55,872 nucleotides of DNA from Candidatus Woesebacteria bacterium RIFCSPHIGHO2_01_FULL_39_32. Lineage in GTDB: Bacteria; Patescibacteriota; Microgenomatia; UBA8517. This document shows positions 23,662 to 32,100 of the stretch, in pieces (the stretch's first letter is position 1; every line of letters starts with the position of its first letter). The position numbers and the translations under genes were made by a program. The notes below the pieces were generated by a model, which made no database searches, was not told the DNA's origin, and saw nothing but the letters and a program-made list of their open reading frames with translations. The stretch spans positions 358,688 through 414,559 of the forward strand of contig MGGJ01000001.1 in assembly GCA_001792345.1 (NCBI GenBank), given 5' to 3'.

Positions 23662-25932
23662 ATGACTGCTCGTCCTCTTGTTACTTTTTTTAAAGATATT
23701 GATAAACACGATCTCCCCTCTGTTGGTGGAAAAGGAGCAAATCTCGGAGAAATGACTCAAGCGCACTTTCCAGTGCCAAATGGTTTTGCAATTACGGTTT
23801 CTGCCTATGATCTTTTCCTGGAGCGAAATGAAATATCCAAAAAAATTAATGAAATATTAGCATCTATTGATGTGAACAAAAACGATGAGCTACAAGCTGC
23901 TTCAAAAAAAGTCGAACACATAATCACCCAAAGCCAAGTCCCACAAGAAATAACTAATGAGGTCGTCAAAGCATATAAACGACTATCAAAATTTTTACGA
24001 CCAGCGCTCGTTGCCGTTCGTTCTTCCGCAACGGCAGAAGATCTTCCTGGAGCTTCTTTTGCCGGCCAGCAGGCAACTTACCTTAACATCAAAGGCGATT
24101 CTAACCTTTTAGTTGCTGTCCGAGACTGTTGGGCATCACTTTTTACCGCCCGCGCAATTTTTTACAGAGAGCAAAATAAAATTCCTCATGATAAGGTCAA
24201 AATATCTGTTATCGTTCAAAAAATGGTCCAATCCGAAGTTTCGGGGGTTATGTTTACCATAGACCCGGTTACAAACGATAAAGACAAAATAATTATCGAG
24301 GCTGTCTGGGGACTTGGCGAAATGATTGTCCAAGGATCTGTCGTACCTGACAGATACGTCGTGCAAAAAGATACTTATGCAATTTTATCAAAGGAAATTT
24401 CCGATCAGTCTATACAACTAATCAAAAAGGGTAACAAAACACTTGAACATGAGGTTCCTCGAAAGCTGCGTGAGAAGCCAAAGCTTAACGATCAAGAGAT
24501 AATTAAAATTGCAAAAATTGGATATGGACTTCAAAAGCATTACTACTTCCCCCAGGACATTGAGTGGGCAAAAGAGAAAGGCAATTTATACATTGTACAA
24601 ACTAGACCGGTGACTACAATCAAGGAACCTAAAAAGGCAGCTAAATACGATATAAGAATCGGTGAAGTTCCTATATTAACCGGAGCTGGAGCTTCTCCAG
24701 GAATCGGTACCGGCACGGTAAAAGTGTTAAAAAGCCCTAAAGAAATAAATAAAGTTACTCCGGGAGATGTGCTTGTTGCCGAAATGACTTCTCCCGACTA
24801 TGTTCCTGCAATGAAAAAGGCTGTTGCGATCATAACAGACGAAGGAGGTCAAACCAGCCACGCCGCAATTGTTTCCAGAGAACTAGGAATTCCCTGTGTC
24901 GTAGGAACAAGACAAGCAACCAAAAAACTGAAAGATGAAACTGTCGTAACTGTTGACGGAAGTGAGGGATTAGTCTACCTAGGTTCAAATGTAAAAAAAT
25001 TAGAAGGGCTTAGTGAGAAAAAAGATGAAGAAAAAACTATTACACAAAAAACTGCGACCAGACTTTACGTAAACTTAGCCGAAAAAGAACGGGTGCATGA
25101 AGCTTCCAAGCTGAACGTCGAAGGCATCGGCTTATTGCGGGCTGAATTTATGATAGCCAACATAGGTATTCATCCCAAAGAGGCGATAAAACAAAAAAAA
25201 CAGGATATTTTTATCGAAAAACTTACTAACGATCTAGCCACTTTCTGCAAGGCATTCGACCCAAGACCTGTTGTATATAGAGCAACCGATTTTAAAACTA
25301 ACGAATATAGAAGCCTTCCAGGTGGAGCCAATTGGGAACCTGTTGAACCCAATCCAATGCTTGGGTTTAGAGGAGCGTATAGATATATTGCAAATCCAGA
25401 TGTATTTAATCTCGAAATCCAAGCTATCAAAAGGGTTAGGGAAAAACATAAAAACCTCTGGTTAATGATCCCCTTTGTTCGTTCCCCTAATGAATTAGCG
25501 ACTGTTAGAAGACTTGTTGCCGCCGAGGGTTTATTTAACTCTCCCACATTTAAATTCTGGATGATGGTCGAGATTCCTATTAACGTAATCCTCATCGAAA
25601 AGTTTATTGAAGTAGGTATTGATGGTGTTTCAATCGGATCAAACGATTTAACAATGTTGATTACAGGAACAGACAGGGACAACGCTGAAGTTTCTAAAGC
25701 GTTTGACGAACGCTCACCCGCGGTTTTATGGTCCTTAAGACGCGTAATTCGACACTGCAACAAACACAAAGTAACTTCGTCTATATGCGGCCAAGCGCCA
25801 TCGGAGTATCCCGAACTTGTTAAAAAACTTGTCAATTATGGAATAACCAGTATTTCCGTCAATCCCGATGCGGTTAACGAGTCACGCAAAATGATACTAG
25901 AAGCCGAAAAAGAACTTGCAAAAGGTAAGTAA
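23662..25932 (+). CDS. ppsA: Phosphoenolpyruvate synthase (pyruvate, water dikinase)
   Basis: VGGKGANLGEM, the phosphohistidine loop GGQTSHAAIVSRELGIPCVVG, and a C-terminal PEP-utilising TIM domain. Confidence 0.9.
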   Translation: MTARPLVTFFKDIDKHDLPSVGGKGANLGEMTQAHFPVPNGFAITVSAYDLFLERNEISKKINEILASIDVNKNDELQAASKKVEHIITQSQVPQEITNEVVKAYKRLSKFLRPALVAVRSSATAEDLPGASFAGQQATYLNIKGDSNLLVAVRDCWASLFTARAIFYREQNKIPHDKVKISVIVQKMVQSEVSGVMFTIDPVTNDKDKIIIEAVWGLGEMIVQGSVVPDRYVVQKDTYAILSKEISDQSIQLIKKGNKTLEHEVPRKLREKPKLNDQEIIKIAKIGYGLQKHYYFPQDIEWAKEKGNLYIVQTRPVTTIKEPKKAAKYDIRIGEVPILTGAGASPGIGTGTVKVLKSPKEINKVTPGDVLVAEMTSPDYVPAMKKAVAIITDEGGQTSHAAIVSRELGIPCVVGTRQATKKLKDETVVTVDGSEGLVYLGSNVKKLEGLSEKKDEEKTITQKTATRLYVNLAEKERVHEASKLNVEGIGLLRAEFMIANIGIHPKEAIKQKKQDIFIEKLTNDLATFCKAFDPRPVVYRATDFKTNEYRSLPGGANWEPVEPNPMLGFRGAYRYIANPDVFNLEIQAIKRVREKHKNLWLMIPFVRSPNELATVRRLVAAEGLFNSPTFKFWMMVEIPINVILIEKFIEVGIDGVSIGSNDLTMLITGTDRDNAEVSKAFDERSPAVLWSLRRVIRHCNKHKVTSSICGQAPSEYPELVKKLVNYGITSISVNPDAVNESRKMILEAEKELAKGK

Positions 25933-25971
25933 GAAGTAGTAAGTTTTAAGTGTAGTTTTTTTAATAACAAA

Positions 25972-27246
25972 ATGTCATCCAAAATTTCCAAAGTCTGGGC
26001 TAGACAAATTTTAGATTCCCGAGGAATACCAACCGTTGAAGCTGCATGTCAGCTAGACACTGGAGAAATTTCTGTAGCTTCAGTTCCTTCAGGAACATCC
26101 ACAGGTACACACGAAGCATTAGAACTCAGGGATAACGATCCGCAAAATTATCTTGGAAAAAGCGTTTATAAGGCGGTATCTAATGTTAATGAAATTCTAG
26201 GACCAGGAGTTTGGGGTTTGGACGTCGAAGACCAAGAAAAAGTAGATAAACGCTTGATAGAACTCGATGGAACGGAAAATAAATCCAAGTATGGAGCTAA
26301 CGCGATTCTTTCTGTTTCGGTAGTTTCTGTAAAGGCAGCAAGTCTTGCCACAAGGCAGCCTCTTTATTTGTGGATAAATACACTTGCAAAAAGAGTTGGC
26401 ATAAAAGAAGAAGTAAAAGTTCCGACCCCTGTTTTCGTCATGATAGAAGGCGGTCTTCATGGAGCGGGGAATTTGGATTTCCAAGAATTCCATATAATCC
26501 CTGCAAGCAGCAAAAAATACAGCGAGTCATTAAAAATAGGCGTTGAAATATTTTTGGTACTAGGAACCGATCTTGAAAGAAGGGGTGCAATTCACTCTTT
26601 CGGTCAGGAAGGTGGATATGCCCCAAATCTTTTTACTAACGCAGACGCTCTCGAGGTTCTATACGATTCGATTAAACAAACTTCATACCAGGTCGGCAGA
26701 GATGTATTTTTCGGCCTGGACGTTGCACCTAGTGTATTTTACAAAGGTGGCGAATATACAATACGCGATAAATCCGCACCCTTATCTGATGACGCCCTCT
26801 TAGAATATTACAAATATGTAAATAGCCAATATCACCTCGCTCTACTTGAAGATCCCTTCCATGAAGATGCCTGGGATAGCTGGAAAAAAATATTTGCCGA
26901 AATGAGTGATCAGCTAACAATCGTTGGCGATGATCTTCTTACAACAAATGCTCAAAGATTAGAAAAAGCAGTATCAGAAAAAGCTTGTAATGGTATACTT
27001 GTCAAACCAAATCAAGCAGGAACTGTTACTGAGACACTAAAGGTTATTAAAATGGCGCGCGATGCAAATTGGAAGATTAATACATCCCACAGGGGAGGAG
27101 AAACAAATGATTGGTTTATTGCTGATTTTGCTTGCGGTATAGGAAGCGACTACGCAAAGTTCGGCGCTCCCAGTAGAGGAGAGAGAGTCGTAAAATACAA
27201 TAGACTTTTATCAATCGAGGCAGAACTCCTGCAGAAAAAACAATGA
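25972..27246 (+). CDS. eno: Enolase
   Basis: ARQILDSRGIPTVEA, LVKPNQAGTVTE and SHRGGETND motifs. Confidence 0.95.
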   Translation: MSSKISKVWARQILDSRGIPTVEAACQLDTGEISVASVPSGTSTGTHEALELRDNDPQNYLGKSVYKAVSNVNEILGPGVWGLDVEDQEKVDKRLIELDGTENKSKYGANAILSVSVVSVKAASLATRQPLYLWINTLAKRVGIKEEVKVPTPVFVMIEGGLHGAGNLDFQEFHIIPASSKKYSESLKIGVEIFLVLGTDLERRGAIHSFGQEGGYAPNLFTNADALEVLYDSIKQTSYQVGRDVFFGLDVAPSVFYKGGEYTIRDKSAPLSDDALLEYYKYVNSQYHLALLEDPFHEDAWDSWKKIFAEMSDQLTIVGDDLLTTNAQRLEKAVSEKACNGILVKPNQAGTVTETLKVIKMARDANWKINTSHRGGETNDWFIADFACGIGSDYAKFGAPSRGERVVKYNRLLSIEAELLQKKQ

Positions 27247-28910
27247 CTTCTCCTTTTAAGCCTAAGTTTGTCGTTCTTGCAATCTTGGACGGTTGGGGAA
27301 TTGCTCCAGACGGCCCAGGAAACGCAATAACCCAATCTAATACTCCGAATATGAATAAGTTCTGGCTATCATACCCGCACGCAGAGCTTGAAACATCAGG
27401 GGAGTCCGTAGGCTTACCAAGAGGCGAAGACGGAAATACGGAAACGGGTCATTTAAATTTAGGCGCAGGAAAAATTGTTTATCAAGACCTGGAAAGAATA
27501 AATATGGCGATCGCCGAGGGTAGTTTTTTCCAGAATGAAGTGCTTATTTCAGCAATAGAACATGCTAAGAAAAATAATTCCAATTTACATCTAATGGGTC
27601 TCGTCGGTGCAGGAGGGGTTCATTCAAACATAGATCATCTTTTTGCGTTAATTCAACTAGCAAAAAGATCTAACTTTAAAAACGTTTTTATACACGTATT
27701 TACTGATGGACGTGATTCTCCCCCCACTGCCGCAAAGACATACATCGACCTTTTAGAAAAAGTTGTAAGAAAAGAAGAAGTTGGAACAATTGCATCTATT
27801 ATGGGCCGATACTGGGCAATGGACAGGGACCAGCGCTGGGAACGTACCGCTAAAGCTTACTTTGCGCTAACTCGTGGAATAGGTAACTTGGTTGAAAAAC
27901 CGTCAGATGCAATAGATAAATCTTACTCCGAAGGAAGAACAGATGAATTTATCGAACCTTCTCTAATAATGGGGAGGGACGGAAAACCTATTGCAACAAT
28001 TTCCGACAACGACGCCATCATTTTTTTTAACTTCAGAATTGATCGGCCCAGACAATTAACCAAAGCATTCGTTTTTAACGACTTTTCCAAAGCAAACATT
28101 ACTTTTGTTTTTGACCCTTTTAAAGTGAAGTACGAAAGCACTCATTTAAACTCCCATGAAACGAAAGCTGTGGAACCATTTGAAAGAGGAAAACGCCTTA
28201 ATAATTTATTTTTTGTAACTATGACCGAATATGGGAAACCTATAAGCCAAGAAGGTGCTAATCCATCATTTCCTCCAGAAATGGTTGAGATGCCTCTCTC
28301 AGGAGTGATTTCAGAATCTGGCTTAACACAATTGAAACTTACCGAGAGCGAAAAAGAGCGTTTTGTTACATTTTATTTTAATGGATTAAGAGAAAAAGCA
28401 TATCCCCTGGAGGACAGAATTATCATTCAATCTCCAAAAGTTCCTACATATGATCAAAAACCGGAAATGGCTGCTCTTGAAATAACGGAAACATTATTAA
28501 AAAAGCTCGCTGCAAGTAGTTATTCTTTCGTACTTGTTAATTATCCTAATCCTGATATGGTTGGACACACAGGCAATATTGGTGCAACGGTTAAAGCAGT
28601 CGAGGTTGTTGACGAGTGTATCGGAAGGGTAGCAAATTTTGTCTTAGCTTATGAAGGCATGCTTCTCATAACCGCTGATCATGGAAACGCGGAAGAACTG
28701 ATAAACGCGTTAACTGGCGAAATTGATACTGAGCACAGCACAAACCACGTTCCATTTATAGCAATTTCTCGCACATTACTCGGAAAGTCCCAAAAACTAA
28801 AAAACGGAATGTTAGCCGATGTAGCTCCGACTATAATTGAGCTTTTAGAACTTCAATTACCAACTACAATGACCGGGCATAACCTTTTGGCAGAAATTCC
28901 AGAATACTAA
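27243..28910 (+). CDS. gpmI: 2,3-bisphosphoglycerate-independent phosphoglycerate mutase
   Basis: ILDGWG, GNTETGHLNLGAG, TDGRDSPP, NYPNPDMVGHTG and TADHGNAE motifs. Confidence 0.95.
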   Translation: MTSPFKPKFVVLAILDGWGIAPDGPGNAITQSNTPNMNKFWLSYPHAELETSGESVGLPRGEDGNTETGHLNLGAGKIVYQDLERINMAIAEGSFFQNEVLISAIEHAKKNNSNLHLMGLVGAGGVHSNIDHLFALIQLAKRSNFKNVFIHVFTDGRDSPPTAAKTYIDLLEKVVRKEEVGTIASIMGRYWAMDRDQRWERTAKAYFALTRGIGNLVEKPSDAIDKSYSEGRTDEFIEPSLIMGRDGKPIATISDNDAIIFFNFRIDRPRQLTKAFVFNDFSKANITFVFDPFKVKYESTHLNSHETKAVEPFERGKRLNNLFFVTMTEYGKPISQEGANPSFPPEMVEMPLSGVISESGLTQLKLTESEKERFVTFYFNGLREKAYPLEDRIIIQSPKVPTYDQKPEMAALEITETLLKKLAASSYSFVLVNYPNPDMVGHTGNIGATVKAVEVVDECIGRVANFVLAYEGMLLITADHGNAEELINALTGEIDTEHSTNHVPFIAISRTLLGKSQKLKNGMLADVAPTIIELLELQLPTTMTGHNLLAEIPEY

Positions 28911-29530
28911 TTCTTGAAGTATTTTCGTATAAGTCCAACGACTTTACCTTGAATCTTGACGTTTTTGACAAAAATTGGACTCATTTTTGCATTAGCCGGT
29001 TCAAGACGAACACGAGTAGCTTCCTTGAAAAATCTTTTTAAAGTTGCCATTCCGTTATCAAGAAGTGCAACAACAATGTCGCCGTTTAACGCATTTTCCG
29101 TTTGTTCTATGATAACGAAATCACCGTCGCGAATTTGTTCTTCGATCATAGAATCACCTTTTACCTGTAAAACAAAAGTTCGTCTCTTGCCCGAAACAAA
29201 ACTGTTAGGTATTTCCATTTCGGCATTTGGATCGGTGTATGGTTCAATTGGGGATCCTGCAGCTATATATCCTAAAATAGGCACTGCTATCCCTTCTGAA
29301 GACATTGCAAAATCAGCCTCTACCAATTCTATTGCTCTTGTCTTTCCTGTTTTTCTTTTAATAAGTTTTTTTGCCTCCAGTGTAGTTAAATGTTCATGAA
29401 CGGTTGCCAAAGAAGAAACTCCTATGGCTTCTGCAATCTGGCGAAGTGTTGGAGCGCTGCCCGTCGATTGGATAAACTGTTTGATGAAATCTAAAATTTG
29501 TTGTTGACGTCTGTAGATAATCGGTGCCAT
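28907..29530 (-). CDS. lexA: LexA repressor
   Basis: Has an N-terminal wHTH (PTLRQIAEAIGVSSLATVHEHL), a cleavage-region AAG, an S24 domain with VKGDSMIEE..DGD, and a Lys near the C-terminus. Confidence 0.9.
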   Translation of the reverse strand: MAPIIYRRQQQILDFIKQFIQSTGSAPTLRQIAEAIGVSSLATVHEHLTTLEAKKLIKRKTGKTRAIELVEADFAMSSEGIAVPILGYIAAGSPIEPYTDPNAEMEIPNSFVSGKRRTFVLQVKGDSMIEEQIRDGDFVIIEQTENALNGDIVVALLDNGMATLKRFFKEATRVRLEPANAKMSPIFVKNVKIQGKVVGLIRKYFKN

Positions 29531-29557
29531 ATATTCGTGTTTTATTTATACGAATAT
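29531..29557. promoter_or_regulatory. Candidate LexA operator: ATATTCGT-N11-ACGAATAT perfect inverted repeat
   Basis: The palindrome abuts the lexA start codon. Its arms bracket the predicted lexA -10 in the divergent lexA/uvrB intergenic region. Confidence 0.45.
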
Positions 29558-29573
29558 ATCCCGAAGATGTCAA
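29545..29573 (-). promoter_or_regulatory. Predicted lexA promoter (TTGACA-17 nt-TATAAA)
   Basis: On the minus strand, TTGACA (29568-29573) is followed by a 17-nt spacer and TATAAA (29545-29550), 14 nt before the ATG. Confidence 0.5.
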
Positions 29574-29607
29574 GTACCATTTTAAATATGATGTAAAATA
29601 GTAACTC

Positions 29608-31680
29608 ATGAACAAATTTAAACTAGTCTCTCCTTATAAACCAATTCCTGACCAAAAAAAGGCTGTTGAATCTTTGGTTTCCGGAAACAAAAATAATATT
29701 AATCACCAAGTTCTTCTTGGAGTGACAGGTTCCGGAAAAACGTTCACCGTAGCCAATGTAATTGAGAAATTACAAAAACCTACTCTTATTATCTCGCATA
29801 ATAAAACACTTGCCGCTCAGCTTTATCAAGAGTTTAGAGATTTTTTTCCAGAAAATGCTGTTTCCTATTTTGTTTCGTATTACGACTTTTACCAGCCTGA
29901 GGCTTACATACCCTCAACCGACACTTATATTGAAAAAGATGCTGATATTAATGAGCTTATTGATAAGTTACGACTTGCAGCAACCACGAACTTGCTCACA
30001 AGACGGGATACAATCGTTGTTGCTTCGGTTTCCTGTATTTACAATATCGGATCTCCCCGCCAGTACGGTCATTTTGTTTTTGAAATAGGCAGGGGCGTCA
30101 AAATTCATAGAAGACAAATTATTGATAGACTAATCGATCTTCAATACGAAAGAGGAGATTTTGGCTTTCACCGTGGTACTTTTAGAGTGATGGGAGATTA
30201 CATAGATGTTTATCCAGCATATCAAGATGAAGCAGTCAGAATAATTCTCGGAAACGATGCAATTGCCGATATTGAAATTTTCGATCCTGTTTCAGGTTCG
30301 TTAATTGCAAATCACGAGTCACCACCCTCTAACTTTGTTTTATACCCTGCCAAACACTATATTACTGATCCTAGTCAACATGAAGATGCATTTACCCAAA
30401 TACAAAAGGATCTTTTTGAACAAGTTAAAAAACTTAAAGCTTCCGGAAAAGAGTTGGAAGCATATCGGTTAAAAACTAGAGTTAAGTTCGATTTAGACAT
30501 GATAAAGGAAGTTGGGTATGTCAAAGGTATCGAGAATTATTCGCGTTATTTTGACGGAAGAGCGCCAGGAGAAGCTCCTTATAGCCTTCTTGATTATTTT
30601 GGCTTTCCTTATGGAAACGATTGGTTAGTCTTTGTAGATGAATCGCACATTACTTTTCCACAAATTAGGGGAATGTATGCGGGAGATCTATCAAGAAAAC
30701 AAACGCTTGTAGATTATGGTTTTAGACTCCCTTCTGCTTATGACAACCGACCATTAAAGTTTGATGAGTTTTTGCGAAGAATTCCAAATTTCATCGCAAC
30801 TTCAGCAACTCCGTCTGAGTGGGAAATTAGCATGGCACAGGAAAGTGCAAAAAGAAGCAATAAACAAAAAACAATGAGCAAAATTAATATAGGTGTAGTT
30901 GAGCAACTACTTCGTCCGACTGGAATACCCGATCCCGAAATAGAAATCCGCCCTGTTACAGGAGAAGTTAAAGACGTTATAGAAGAAATTAAAAAAGTGG
31001 CCAAAAAGGGTCAACGCACGCTTGTTACAACTTTGACAAAGAAAACTGCAGAGGACTTAAGCCAGTATTTAACCGAACAGGGAATGAAAGTTCACTATCT
31101 ACACTCCGACGTTGCAACATTGGAGCGAAGTGACATCCTCGATGACCTAAGACGAGGTAATTATGAAGCTCTTATCGGAGTTAACTTATTAAGAGAAGGC
31201 CTTGACCTTCCTGAAGTCGCGCTTGTTGCAATACTAGACGCCGATAAAGAGGGATTTTTACGTTCCGAGGTGTCACTTATCCAAACAATGGGAAGGGCCG
31301 CGAGACACGTCGAAGGACACGTAATTCTATATGCCGACAATGTTACAGGATCAATGCAAAGAGCAATTGGAGAGGTAGGGCGACGCCGTGCTTATCAAAT
31401 AGCAATGAATAAAAAATTGGCAATTGTACCTAGCTCGATTACAAAACCAATTCGGGAGAGAGTTATCGCTGAAGAAGAAAAAGGAACCATTGAGAAACTT
31501 TTTAGGCAGGAAGTACGATCATTCGCCCAGCTACCTGAAATTGATATAACATCGTTAACACCAATGGACAAAAGGAAACTTATCGTGAGACTTCGCAGAG
31601 AAATGAAAATTACTGCACAGGATTTGAATTTTGAACTAGCAGCTGAAATCAGAGACAAAATCCGACAAATCGAGGCCTAA
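29608..31680 (+). CDS. uvrB: Excinuclease ABC subunit B
   Basis: GVTGSGKTFT, DESH, helicase motifs and a C-terminal UVR domain (AAEIRDKIRQIE). Confidence 0.95.
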   Translation: MNKFKLVSPYKPIPDQKKAVESLVSGNKNNINHQVLLGVTGSGKTFTVANVIEKLQKPTLIISHNKTLAAQLYQEFRDFFPENAVSYFVSYYDFYQPEAYIPSTDTYIEKDADINELIDKLRLAATTNLLTRRDTIVVASVSCIYNIGSPRQYGHFVFEIGRGVKIHRRQIIDRLIDLQYERGDFGFHRGTFRVMGDYIDVYPAYQDEAVRIILGNDAIADIEIFDPVSGSLIANHESPPSNFVLYPAKHYITDPSQHEDAFTQIQKDLFEQVKKLKASGKELEAYRLKTRVKFDLDMIKEVGYVKGIENYSRYFDGRAPGEAPYSLLDYFGFPYGNDWLVFVDESHITFPQIRGMYAGDLSRKQTLVDYGFRLPSAYDNRPLKFDEFLRRIPNFIATSATPSEWEISMAQESAKRSNKQKTMSKINIGVVEQLLRPTGIPDPEIEIRPVTGEVKDVIEEIKKVAKKGQRTLVTTLTKKTAEDLSQYLTEQGMKVHYLHSDVATLERSDILDDLRRGNYEALIGVNLLREGLDLPEVALVAILDADKEGFLRSEVSLIQTMGRAARHVEGHVILYADNVTGSMQRAIGEVGRRRAYQIAMNKKLAIVPSSITKPIRERVIAEEEKGTIEKLFRQEVRSFAQLPEIDITSLTPMDKRKLIVRLRREMKITAQDLNFELAAEIRDKIRQIEA

Positions 31681-32024
31681 AGAGTTGGTATTTCAAATCG
31701 TGTAAAGTCGATCCCGAAAAAGTTACTAGCAAAGGAAAGAAATACCCAAGTTGAAAAAACAATAACTAACCCCAAAAAGGCATTTATAAGCTGCCTTTTT
31801 GCTTCATCGAATTTTTCCCCACGTCCGCCGGACAAAATAAACTTAATTCCACCCAGCAAAAGCGAGAAAACAAAAAGAAGCACTGCAATAATTAATATGA
31901 TGTTAACTGCCGCGCTAATAAGCCCGGAAATACTAACTTGCTGCAAGGGGCTAAACTGCCCACGAGGGACAATCTGAAAAAAATCTACTTGTGCTTTCGC
32001 TTCCATATATGCGTATTTTACCAA
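31677..32024 (-). CDS. Small 2-TM membrane protein, TrbC/VirB2-like (T4SS-pilin-like family common in CPR)
   Basis: Has two TM helices separated by GGIKFILSGGRGEKFDEAKRQLINAFLGLVIV, which resembles the CPR 'type IV secretion system pilin' family. Confidence 0.45.
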   Translation of the reverse strand: MVKYAYMEAKAQVDFFQIVPRGQFSPLQQVSISGLISAAVNIILIIAVLLFVFSLLLGGIKFILSGGRGEKFDEAKRQLINAFLGLVIVFSTWVFLSFASNFFGIDFTRFEIPTL

Positions 32025-32100
32025 ATTAAGGTTATTATTCCAAAATCATGTATAATGGTCTCTGCCACGGTTTCCCGCTGGCGAATTTGCGTGGCGAACT

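Noticed and set aside
25170-25835. 221-aa minus-strand ORF, along with many 60-150-aa ORFs antisense to or out of frame with long genes (for example 28956-29399, 6719-7093, 7407-7820, 29762-30088, 46957-47355).
   Set aside because: They lie wholly inside strongly supported genes (ppsA, lexA, the TasA-like genes, uvrB, the 426-aa ORF). They have low-complexity, Ser/Leu/Arg-rich compositions typical of antisense frames, and they lack an RBS or promoter.
32025-32100. A possible second LexA box upstream of uvrA (GCGAATTTGCGTGGCGAAC).
   Set aside because: It contains CGAA half-site-like strings, but in direct rather than inverted orientation, and it does not match the lexA palindrome arms (ATATTCGT/ACGAATAT). 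The GCCACG..CGTGGC stem there is more simply a leader hairpin.
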